DNA of 45,993 nucleotides from Thraustochytrium aureum. Lineage: Eukaryota. The notes beneath the pieces were generated by a model. It worked only from the letters and a program-made list of their open reading frames with translations, did no database searches and was not told the origin of the DNA. Location: assembly GCA_012862495.1 (NCBI GenBank), contig BLSG01000257.1:28015-74007 (forward strand). The letters are read 5' to 3'. Shown here piece by piece: positions 12,001-21,354 of this stretch (positions within the stretch are counted from its first letter, which is position 1; the number at the start of each line of letters is the position of its first letter). A program made the position numbers and the translations under genes.

Positions 12001-12154
12001 GATCTTTGCGCAGGTTGCGCCCGAGCTCGGCTCGCGGGCCCCGTACCAGCTCAACTCCGAGTTGCCAGAGCGCCTGCGCAAGCACCACATGCAAAAGGGC
12101 GAGCGCAAGCTGCTCCCGTATGCGGGCTACCGGAAGAACTCGTCCCGCCGCTAG
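9062..12154 (+). CDS. MYO1: Class I myosin, short-tailed (motor, IQ, TH1); internal assembly gap 10210-10473
   Basis: P-loop [83 protein letters not shown]; IQ motif [12 protein letters not shown]; TH1 signature [11 protein letters not shown]...FIGDYL...[10 protein letters not shown]; no SH3 domain. Confidence 0.95.
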   Translation: [1030 protein letters not shown]

Positions 12155-12843
12155 TCGACGGGCCTCGCCTCGCGAAGGAATGCTTTGGCGCGTGCGCCGC
12201 TTCGTATCTAAGATTCAAACCTCCACCGCTGTCATCGAACCCGTTCCTGCCCGGTGTCGCTTGTTGCTGTGCGGATGCAACTCCTCTTCTTGTGCGACTC
12301 TCTCAAGCTATTGTGCGCTGCGTTTTCACAGATGCCGCATGCTCTCGAGTTGCAACGGCAAGTCAACACATGCGCATGCGCATGCAGTGAATTAATTCAA
12401 AACCCTTCCGCACTGGGAAGGGGTGGGGTTTCGGTTTCCTTGCTGCCGCGTGAGCGTTCCGTGCTCGAACGTCCAGTTGCGGGTTTGGTCCGTCATGCAG
12501 ATCACGAGCTGGCTGCGCTTGGCTATCCAAACCTCGGCGCTTGTTTCTTGGGACGGCCTCCTCCCCACGTAAAGAAATCACGTACCAGTATCGGTGTTGC
12601 AGCGGAACAGAGCGAAGCGCGTGAACGGAGCGAACATAGCTTTTGGGTCGTGACGAGACATGGTGTCGCAAGCAGAATGCAGGCGTATCGGCATTGGGTC
12701 CTCGGGAGCCGCCAGACGCCTAGCTCTAGCTAGACGCCGCGCTGGGGATCGATCTAACGCGTGCCGAAAAGCTCAGTTCGGCCAAGGGCAACAACGATTG
12801 CGCGTTTGGAGGGGGCAGGCATCGAGCGCATCGCGGTAAGAGG

Positions 12844-14855
12844 ATGAAGGCTGCCAAGAAGAGGCTCTCGCTCGCGCGCGGGAGCGCGCAGAGCGACGAC
12901 ACTGGCGCGCCCACGCCGCGCCAGGCGTTCGAGGCGTTTCAAGCGGCAGACGAGGTCGGTCCCTTGCTTGAGACGTTCAACGGGCTGAAAGACGCTTGTG
13001 GCTTGAACGGCCCAGACCCCCCGGTCGGAGCCGCACTGCTGGACGCGTTCCTGGCAGAGCTTGGTCNNNNNNNNNNNNNNNNNNNNNNNNNNNNNNNNNN
13101 NNNNNNNNNNNNNNNNNNNNNNNNNNNNNNNNNNNNNNNNNNNNNNNNNNNNNNNNNNNNNNNNNNNNNNNNNNNNNNNNNNNNNNNNNNNNNNNNNNNN
13201 NNNCACTGCTGGACGCGTTCCTGGCAGAGCTTGGTCCAAAACTGTCCTTCAGGCAAAAGAAGGCCCTGCAGGCGCTCGGCGCGGCGCGCCACAAGAGGCG
13301 CAAGCTGGTGAGCGAGCGCGAGGCCACACTTGGCCTAGAGGGCGCCGCGGGGCGCGGGGCGCAAGATGTGCGCGTACTCGTCAGCGGAGCCGGGCCTGTG
13401 GGGCTGCTGAGCGCCGTCGAGTGCGCCATGCTGGGAATGCATGTCACGGTGGTGGAGAAGCGCAGCGCCTTCTCGCGCGTGAACATCTTGACGCTGTGGG
13501 CGCAAACGATGGACCTCTTTGTTGAGCTCGGCGCCAAGGTGTTCTATCCCGAGCTACGCACCGGCGAGCCCCGGCACATGGGCACGCGCGAGATCCAGCT
13601 GTTCTTGCTAAAGTCGGCGCTGCTGCTAGGTGTGCGCGTGATGTATGCTTCGCAACTCGTCGGAATCTTCTTTGACGAATCAGACGGAATGTGGGTCGGT
13701 TCGATCAGCAACGCGCACGAGCGTGCTGGCGCCGGCACCGGAATGGGCGCGAGAGCGTTGAACTTCAAGCCCCTCAAGACCGCCGACTACAAGGCAACAT
13801 TCAAGTGCAATGCCGTGGACGAGGCGCAACTGGATATGGCCTTCGTGATGGCCGCGCCCGTCGCAGGCGCTCCGCGAGCTGCCTTCCACGCACTGATTGT
13901 GGCCGAGGGCGAGTGGTCACAGACGCTGCGCAAGCTGGGCTTTCGCAAGAGTGTGGACAAGTTCAATCAGGCCATTGGCATCGTGGTTAACCTCGCCTTT
14001 GACCTGGCCAACAAGGCCGAAAAGACCCTGAGGAGCTTCACCGCAACCCGCCTGAACGGTACCTGGCGTAACGGCACGCTCGGCGTGCTCGAAAAGGCGG
14101 GCCTCCACGTGGAGAACATCGAGTACCTGCGTGGCAACTCGCACTATGTCGTGGTAACGATATCAAAGCTGTCCCTTCTTGAGCGCGGCGTGCTCCTCAA
14201 GGACCTCCCGCAGGCCGAACTACTCTCAGAGGGCAATGTGGACATGGACGCTCTTTGTGCCGTTGCGCGCGAGGTGACCAGTGCCGCGGGAATCCCAGAG
14301 GAGACGCCTTTCCATGACTGGAACCCGGTGCAGATTTTCGACTTCTCGTCGCGCGCACGTACGTTGAATGCTGTCAAGCTACTGCGCACCACAGACGACG
14401 GCCGCCCCGAACTTGTCGACACGCTGCCCGTGCACACTGTCGCAGAGGTGAAACCCCTCGCAGCGCGATCACATGAGGCCCTCGTGTTGCCTGTCGGTGA
14501 CGCCCTACTCGAGCCTTTCTGGCCTCAGGGGTTAGGATCGAACCGTGGAGTGCACGGCGGCTTGGACGCAGCCTTCGCTGCACTCTGCCTGGTGCAGGAA
14601 GGCGCGACAGCGGCACTGAGGGAGCGCAACTTTGCGTACGCCACCATGAACTGCTTCTCATGGCAGGCGCCCGGAATGCGCAATATCAGGCCCTTTCGCG
14701 ACTGGAGCACTGACCCGACTTCGCGCTACACGCCAATGGCAATTGACCTAACGCGCAGAGATGCAGCCAAGGCGAATTTGGACGTGCCTGAGCGCATCCA
14801 AGCCATGGACATCACTGGCGGCGCGGCACACCCGTACTTGCAGCCGCAAAAGTAA
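12844..14855 (+). CDS. Stand-alone MICAL-type FAD-dependent monooxygenase (F-actin monooxygenase-like domain only)
   Basis: GAGPVGL...VVEKRSAFSRVNILTLW...LGAKVFY, REIQLFLLKSALLLGV, ENIEYLRGNSHYVVVT..K.SLL.RGV, QIFDFS and VGDALLEPFWPQGLGSNRG match MICAL MO-domain motifs. The gap at 13067-13203 is flanked by a duplicated 33-mer, so the ORF is continuous once the overlap is collapsed. Confidence 0.85.
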
Positions 14856-15464
14856 TCTGTTGGAAGTATAGTGGAATACTTGGGACTTTACAGTCTAGGT
14901 TGCTGAGCGTCAAGCACCTACGCTGGTCAGAGCAGGATCGACATCCAAGCTTGCCTTCAGCATTGGGAGTCGTTCTGACAACAACGAGAGGATCGTCGAT
15001 TGATGCTCTAGCGTCGCGTTGCCCAAGGGTTGGAAAGTGGAGCGCGCGCCTTGGTTTGGATTGGGAGTTGGAGCGCGAACCTTGGAATGGATTTGCCAAC
15101 TCCCCTTGCACAATTGGACTTGTGCCTAATTCCTTTCCGCACGTTGATGTGCGTGCGTCACTGCATTGCTGCTATGTTTTTACCCATTGGTTTNNNNNNN
15201 NNNNNNNNNNNNNNNNNNNNNNNNNNNNNNNNNNNNNNNNNNNNNNNNNNNNNNNNNNNNNNNNNNNNNNNNNNNNNNNNNNNNNNNNNNNNNNNNNNNN
15301 NNNNNNNNNNNNNNNNNNNNNNNNNNNNNNNNNNNNNNNNNNNNNNNNNNNNNNNNNNNNNNNNNNNNNNNNNNNACCATACATTCTGTATGATTTCCCC
15401 TTTGGCTTTTGAGGATGATCAAAAAGACAGCAAAAGATCGTTCGATTGATGACAAAGACAAACC

Positions 15465-18400
15465 CTACGCGCGGGCTTGCGAGCGGACGTCGGCGCCTGG
15501 CGCAGCCAGCACAGATCCAGCAAACCCAACGATTGGGCCGACCGGGCGATCGATATCCAAGAGCCGGAGCGTCGCCATCATGCGCAGACCAGGCGACACC
15601 ATCATCGTTTCGTCGTCGTCCTGAAGCGGGACGTCGTGGTCAAAGTTGACCGCCGTCGACTTGCGGTTACGAACGTACTCTTGGAAGAGCTTGACAACAA
15701 AGAGGTGCGTGACGTTGGAGAGCACCAGCGCCCCGAAAAACACGTACGCTCCAGTCTGAACATTCGCCTGGATGCCAAGGCAGGTGGCCTCGACGTCAAC
15801 CTCCTCGACGAGGCCGAGCGGAAGCAGCACCGAGTTGAGGATCGGGCCCAGGAAGGCGCAATTCTCTTCGACGATAAAGGCTGCCACCGTCTTCATCTCG
15901 ACTGCAGTTACGCCAACAGCCAAAAGGAGAACCTCCGTGGCGCTCCAGGCGCTGAGGATCTGATTCACCTCTAGAAAGGTCAGCGCGGAAGCCAAGGTCC
16001 ACCGACGAAGAGGAACGATGGCCAACATGGAAAGCTGGACGACAGGGAAAACCACCACCGTGAGAACGAAGACGACCGCGAAGAGGGCCCGGCCCACATC
16101 GGCGCCGACAAACGAGTCGATCGTAAAGTTGTACAAGTCGACTTCGACCGAGGTGGCTTGGCTAGCAAAGTCCATGGCGACTCGCGCGACCCCGAAAAAG
16201 TCGAGGCGAAGTACCACGAGAGTGCAGGCGAACAGCAAGAGCCCAACGGAGGCGACGACGGAGACCACCACCAGGAGAGCGCCGAACCAAGAGAGGCCAA
16301 CGCGGTAGCTGACGCCGTTTTTGCCCACCTGCTCAAACAGGAACGAAGTGACCGCGATGCGCGCGTGGTCCGAGGCGGCACGCCCCTCGCGCTGCCGATC
16401 TGCGGCGAGCACCTTGGACTCGATGCGCTCATGGAAGACGACCTGCACGTTGGAGAGCATCAGCGAGAGCAACAGCGCCGCCGTGAACGTGTACAGGTTG
16501 AACTGCGGCGAGATGATGAGCCGAAGGGAATAAAGGCCTTCCGGCAGGTAGGCCACCGAGCTGGGGCTGACGATCTCTATGCGCAACACCACGAACACAA
16601 ACGCCACAAAGTAGAGCTCCACCAGCGACCACTTGCCGAGCTGGTCGAGCACGGTGATGATCCTGCCTCGCTTGGCAAACGAGAGCGAGGAGGTGGGAAG
16701 GAACCAGCAAATCGAGACGCCGACAAGCTTGATGTATGGCCAGGCGACGGAGAAGCTGAACAGGATGATGGCCAAAAAGTAGGCTTGCCCGGCCCAGAGC
16801 TCCTTGGTAGTGTCCACGACACTCAGCTTGGCAAAGCTCTCGAGGCGAAACGGAATGCCGAGAAAATCGCCCTCGATGTCGGTCACGAGGACTGGCGCAG
16901 TTTGGCCGAGCACAAACATGCCTACGTTCAGCACGACAATAAAGGGCACCAAAAACCGCACCAGGGCAGGAATCTCTGGGTGCTTCCAAAGCGCGATGTC
17001 CTCCAGGTGGTGCAAGCCCTTCGCAAGACCACCTTCGTCGCTCTCGGCGGGCGCTCGCATCTGAAAGGCCCCCTTGAGGACGGGCACGTTCCCAGCCTCC
17101 TCGTCACCCACGGCTGCTGAGCCATCACGCTTTCGACGCGGCGCAAACCCGCAACCGAACGTTGCTAGGCCGGCCAAACCAAGCGTTGAGAAGAAGATGG
17201 CCAAGAAGCTGTACGCCTGCGAGAGGTCCTGCGAGGTCGTTGGCAACGCGCTTGAGTTGCCGACGGAGAGGAGGTCGTTCAGGTCAACTTGAAAGCCGAA
17301 CGTAGCCGCCTCCCCGCTAGCGCATCGGGCCTGGGCTGCCGCGATGGTGGTGTTCCAGCGCGCGGGGGCAAACAAGTCAGTCACCAGCCGCGGGAGGCTG
17401 CTCAAGTCCACGAACTGCTGTAGCGCGTCGAGGAGCTCGTTTATTGCTGTACTGTCCCCAAGGCGCTCCGCGAGCGCTGCGAGGAGGGAGTTTTCGCAAT
17501 CGACGCAGTTGAGCCCCAGGGCGACGCCCGAGGCCCCGAGCACGATCTCCTTGACGCCGCCGTAAGGATCGAGCTTGCCGACCCAGCAGTCGAGCTTGAG
17601 GAGGTCGCTCATGCGCGTGCCATCGACATCCAGGACGCTGAGCGCCGCGAAAATGTCCACGGCGGCGCGCAGGCTCGCAAAGGAGAGCGAGACCTCGACC
17701 AGGTTTTCCTGCGTGGGCTGTTCCTGCAGACGGCGGCGGTCGTTCCCAGCGACGACGCCCACGTCAGCTCGAAGTACGGCGCGGACGGCGATCGGCTCGG
17801 ACGTCGACCCAACCGAGAGCGCGTTGTAGAGGCCTTGCGGAAAGTACTCGGAGGCCTGGCGGACGTCGAGAAATGCAAACTCCTGCAGGTTGAGCTGGTC
17901 GAGGCCTGTGAGGCGCACAGACTCGATAGAAAGATCGATGGTGCGATTTGGCGTCCCAGTGGCCTGCGGAATGGTTACCGTGATGAGCTCGATGGTTTCG
18001 TTGACCAGCACGACCCCTCCCTCCTTGGCGTCGCCCAGGAGGCCGCCAATTGCGTCAACAACCGTGTCAGCGTTGACAGAGTCGCGCAAAAGTGCGACAA
18101 GCTCGCTCGAGCTAAAGTTGTACGGAATGGCGTTCGTCTCCGGGCCCGCCTTGGGGCACGAGGCGGGCTCCAGCAGCTCTTGGCCAACGAGGGCCCCGCT
18201 TGCGAGCGATGCGACCAAGCCTGGCACGGCGCCCTGGTACACTGGGCCAAGCGCCATGAGCAGGTCGGCGGCAAAGTTGGTGATTGCATCCGCCAGCCCA
18301 CTGATGGACAAGCCAACCCCCGTGCTCGTGAAGAGGACCGAGCTGAGCTGTGGAGGGACGTAAAAGGTGCTGAGAACGCAGTCAATCAAACCGCGGAGAA

Positions 18401-19862
18401 GCGAGCCAAGCTCAAGCTCGGGAATCGATCCAACGTCGATCGCGAGCAGCGCCGCGGCTTGGGCCACAAAGCCGTCCCAGTTGAGAGCGACTGCCGCGGT
18501 GTCCGCCAGGGCGAATTGGATCGTCTGGTTGAACACTTGCGCGTTAACGTTGGCGTCGAGGCGCACTCGCGCGGCGAGAACCACGTCGCCGAGCTTGATC
18601 GTAGGCGCAACCAAGGTCAACCCCCCAAGAACGCGAAACTGGTTGTCCTCGTCGGAGCTGGCCGGTGGAGCAGTCGTGAGCAGCAGCTCTTCGAGTTGGA
18701 CTAGCGCCCCGCCAAAGCCCTCCAGAGTAAAGTTGAACGAGAGGAGATCGGTCGCGTTGGGCACGACGCTCTCCAGCAGGCCCAACAGGTCGAGGTCGGT
18801 GACGCGACCGTTTGACTCTGCAAGACTGGCCCCGTCGACAGCGAGGAGCGTGTCCAGCAGGACGAATAGCGGGTTGGCGCCGCCCGAGTCGCCGCCGGTC
18901 AGGTTGAAAAACCCGAGCGCGACATCGAGGAGCGGGCCGTCAAAGTCAGCCGGAAGCAGCCCCTCCGCAAACGAACCGAGGCCGGTTGCCGCTACGAGGT
19001 CGGCCACAGAAGTGTTTCCGAGGTCTGCGAGGCCGACGTCGGCTGGAAGCTCTGCCAGGAGGCGCGTCTCGGCCTCGAGCGCCGGGCCGTCCACCGTGGC
19101 CTCCGGGTCCGCGATGAAGCTTGAGTTGGTTAGCGGGTTGAGAACGGCAAAGGCGTTGATGGCCCGCGTCGCGTTCGCCAAAATATCGCACAGCGCATCC
19201 GCGATGGGCCCGACCGCGTCGGCGCGCGCATCTCCGTTTAGCGTGTCAATGACGAGGCCAGTCACGTCAACGCCGGCCACCCTGCCGATTGCCTCGCCTG
19301 AGAAAACGATGTTGTTCAGGTTGATCTTGTCCGAGCAGTTGAGCGGCTTGTCGCGTGCGAGTGACGGTGGGAACCTGTCAAAGTCTTCGCTCAGCAGTTC
19401 TTGGACCAATCTCACCCGCGAGTTGTCCTCTCTGCGGGACGTCATTGTAATTGTGCCCGTGCATTCAGTTTCCCGGTCGATTATAAGGTTTAGCACTCGA
19501 AAGCAGAGCCCCACGGTGCAGGAAAACTCGAGTTGGTCCACTGCGATTTCCACGTCTCGGGTCTGAAGCAGCTTGCCGTCTACGAGCTGTGCGCCCGCAT
19601 CAGAGCTCCTTACGGAAACGCTCGAGAGTCCGAACCCGCTGCAAGTCGCCGTGTCAAACAGATCGACTTGGGCTGTGCGACTACCGAACAGTGGAACGTT
19701 AACCGGTTGCTCAATCGTCTCGATCGCGCTCGTGTCCAGCTCGATTTCAAGCCCGGAGAGGATCTGCTGAATGAGCGTGTAGTCGCCGGCAAGTTCTCGC
19801 CTCCCCGACGGCGGTGAGGCGGTCGCGGCCACGATGCATGCCAAGGCCACGGCGAGCTTCAT
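15465..19862 (-). CDS. Approx. 1465-aa membrane protein: signal peptide, approx. 860-aa ectodomain, TM helix, two PqiA (paraquat-inducible protein A / LetA) domains
   Basis: Uninterrupted ORF; signal peptide MKLAVALACIVAATA; PqiA signature SVVDTTKELW..QAYFLAIILFSFSVAWPYIKL...LDQLGKWSLVELYFV, with a second copy FVLTVVVFPVVQL...ILSAWSATEVLLLAV. Confidence 0.8.
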   Translation of the reverse strand: MKLAVALACIVAATASPPSGRRELAGDYTLIQQILSGLEIELDTSAIETIEQPVNVPLFGSRTAQVDLFDTATCSGFGLSSVSVRSSDAGAQLVDGKLLQTRDVEIAVDQLEFSCTVGLCFRVLNLIIDRETECTGTITMTSRREDNSRVRLVQELLSEDFDRFPPSLARDKPLNCSDKINLNNIVFSGEAIGRVAGVDVTGLVIDTLNGDARADAVGPIADALCDILANATRAINAFAVLNPLTNSSFIADPEATVDGPALEAETRLLAELPADVGLADLGNTSVADLVAATGLGSFAEGLLPADFDGPLLDVALGFFNLTGGDSGGANPLFVLLDTLLAVDGASLAESNGRVTDLDLLGLLESVVPNATDLLSFNFTLEGFGGALVQLEELLLTTAPPASSDEDNQFRVLGGLTLVAPTIKLGDVVLAARVRLDANVNAQVFNQTIQFALADTAAVALNWDGFVAQAAALLAIDVGSIPELELGSLLRGLIDCVLSTFYVPPQLSSVLFTSTGVGLSISGLADAITNFAADLLMALGPVYQGAVPGLVASLASGALVGQELLEPASCPKAGPETNAIPYNFSSSELVALLRDSVNADTVVDAIGGLLGDAKEGGVVLVNETIELITVTIPQATGTPNRTIDLSIESVRLTGLDQLNLQEFAFLDVRQASEYFPQGLYNALSVGSTSEPIAVRAVLRADVGVVAGNDRRRLQEQPTQENLVEVSLSFASLRAAVDIFAALSVLDVDGTRMSDLLKLDCWVGKLDPYGGVKEIVLGASGVALGLNCVDCENSLLAALAERLGDSTAINELLDALQQFVDLSSLPRLVTDLFAPARWNTTIAAAQARCASGEAATFGFQVDLNDLLSVGNSSALPTTSQDLSQAYSFLAIFFSTLGLAGLATFGCGFAPRRKRDGSAAVGDEEAGNVPVLKGAFQMRAPAESDEGGLAKGLHHLEDIALWKHPEIPALVRFLVPFIVVLNVGMFVLGQTAPVLVTDIEGDFLGIPFRLESFAKLSVVDTTKELWAGQAYFLAIILFSFSVAWPYIKLVGVSICWFLPTSSLSFAKRGRIITVLDQLGKWSLVELYFVAFVFVVLRIEIVSPSSVAYLPEGLYSLRLIISPQFNLYTFTAALLLSLMLSNVQVVFHERIESKVLAADRQREGRAASDHARIAVTSFLFEQVGKNGVSYRVGLSWFGALLVVVSVVASVGLLLFACTLVVLRLDFFGVARVAMDFASQATSVEVDLYNFTIDSFVGADVGRALFAVVFVLTVVVFPVVQLSMLAIVPLRRWTLASALTFLEVNQILSAWSATEVLLLAVGVTAVEMKTVAAFIVEENCAFLGPILNSVLLPLGLVEEVDVEATCLGIQANVQTGAYVFFGALVLSNVTHLFVVKLFQEYVRNRKSTAVNFDHDVPLQDDDETMMVSPGLRMMATLRLLDIDRPVGPIVGFAGSVLAAPGADVRSQARA

Positions 19863-21114
19863 CGTGGCTTTCGATTGCCTTTGCGCTGCGCCGCCCGGCG
19901 GTCGCACGAAACCCTTGCAACTTGCGCTTTCCAGCTCGTGCTCGCTCACGATTGGTGTTTGTTTGCCTGCCCTTCGAGGAGCTCTTGCCTGGGCATGAGC
20001 GAGTCCACCACAACTTTTGGGCCGACTGCTCTGTGCTTGTGAGGCTCTCGGAGCAAGTGCTTGCAGTCATGAGCGAGGAAGACAGTCACTGTCCGTCATG
20101 AGGGCGTACTGGTACCTCCCCCAACTTGCTGGCGTGACCAGCCAGCTACGCATCGGCATGAGCCGGAAACCTTGCGAAGCGAGGAGGACTGACCAGCGTG
20201 CGTTTTGCACTGGCGAGCGCCCCCGGATCCTGGCGAGTCTCTCGGCAAGCATCCATCATCGCACATGCTTGATGATGACTCTCGATGCTGGCAGCCGGCG
20301 AGATCCGCAGATCCAACATCGGATGCGTGACAATGTCGGTCGACTTCGACCCTCTGCCACCGTTCGCGCAAGCGAAGTGCTCGGCTTTTCCACGCAAAAG
20401 CAAGGACAATCAGCATCAGGCACCAACCAACGAGTACCAGTACGTACTTCAACTCCGGCAGGGCGTTCCGCGAGGTCAGCTGCGCACTTTGTATCGGGCG
20501 GGCGCAAGGAGGTGGGTGCGGACTCCAATTGGGCCGTCACGTGGCTGCGCCATACTTCCGTGCACAGCGCAGCGCGTCGCCGGCAGCCACGTAGGTTTTA
20601 GCATCATTTCACGCACGCATTGGTGGAGAGCGAGGGGGTGGGCGGAGGGAGTCCTCGGATTGGATGCCGCCACAGGCGCTCACGTGAGCGAGCTCCTGCT
20701 CTGGTTTCGTGCTCATGGCTGCACCGACAGGGCGCCGTGCATGATCACTGGCTGCACCCGAGCTCCAGCTAGTATCAAATTGCACCCACCAAGAGCCCTG
20801 ACTGAAGACAGCCTAACCTAACTCATTTTCAAGAACGCGATCGATCTGCATCGTGGGCTGGCTGCGTCGACTTTGTGCAGCAGGCGCCGCGAGGGAGCGC
20901 GATTGCGAAGGGCGGAGCGCCCCAGGTTCGGTAAGGTTGCGCGGGAGATGGGCGCAACTTGAATCGTAAAAGTGCGGGGTGGGAACGCCAATCCGCGCAC
21001 TAAGGTGGTTGGCGGCCAAGTGAGAACGAGCGCGTTGGGGCGCAAGCGGCCGAACACAAAAACCGAAGCATCGTTTTGATTGATTGATTTCATGAACAAT
21101 TGAAAAAAAGGTTC

Positions 21115-21265
21115 TTCAAAAGTGGGAACCACGTTGCGCAACGTGGGAACCGCGTTAAGCAACGTGGGAACGCCAAGCAACGTGGGAACGCCAAGCAACG
21201 TGGGAACGCCAAGCAATGCGGGAACCACGTTGCGCAACGTGGGAACGGTAGTTCAAACTGGGAAC
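21115..21265. repeat. Intergenic tandem array of 8 GGGAAC-core motifs (spacing 21,21,18,18,18,21,19) containing two 18-bp perfect palindromes
   Basis: The unit AAGCAACGTGGGAACGCC recurs; palindrome CCACGTTGCGCAACGTGG at 21129-21146 and 21225-21242. Confidence 0.9.
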
Positions 21266-21354
21266 GGATCCGGAATCATTGGGTCACTGACGCAGACAGC
21301 TCCACCAGACCCCAAACACAAAACAGCTGCAGCGAAGAAACAAGCCAGGAAAGC

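Noticed and set aside
9464..12094. 876-aa ORF antisense to myosin, and similar long antisense ORFs over other genes
   Set aside because: Shadow ORFs caused by high GC3 codon bias; no recognisable motifs.
20096..20452. Minus-strand 118-codon ORF with a hydrophobic start and Cys-rich tail
   Set aside because: No ATG, no phase-compatible upstream exon found, and no recognisable domain; it could still be an exon.
21115..21265. CRISPR array or coding repeat (QRGNAK / LGVPTL frames)
   Set aside because: Period is only 18-21 bp with no unique spacers and no cas genes. The repeat ORFs lack an ATG start, and the downstream gene has a good ATG at 21355.
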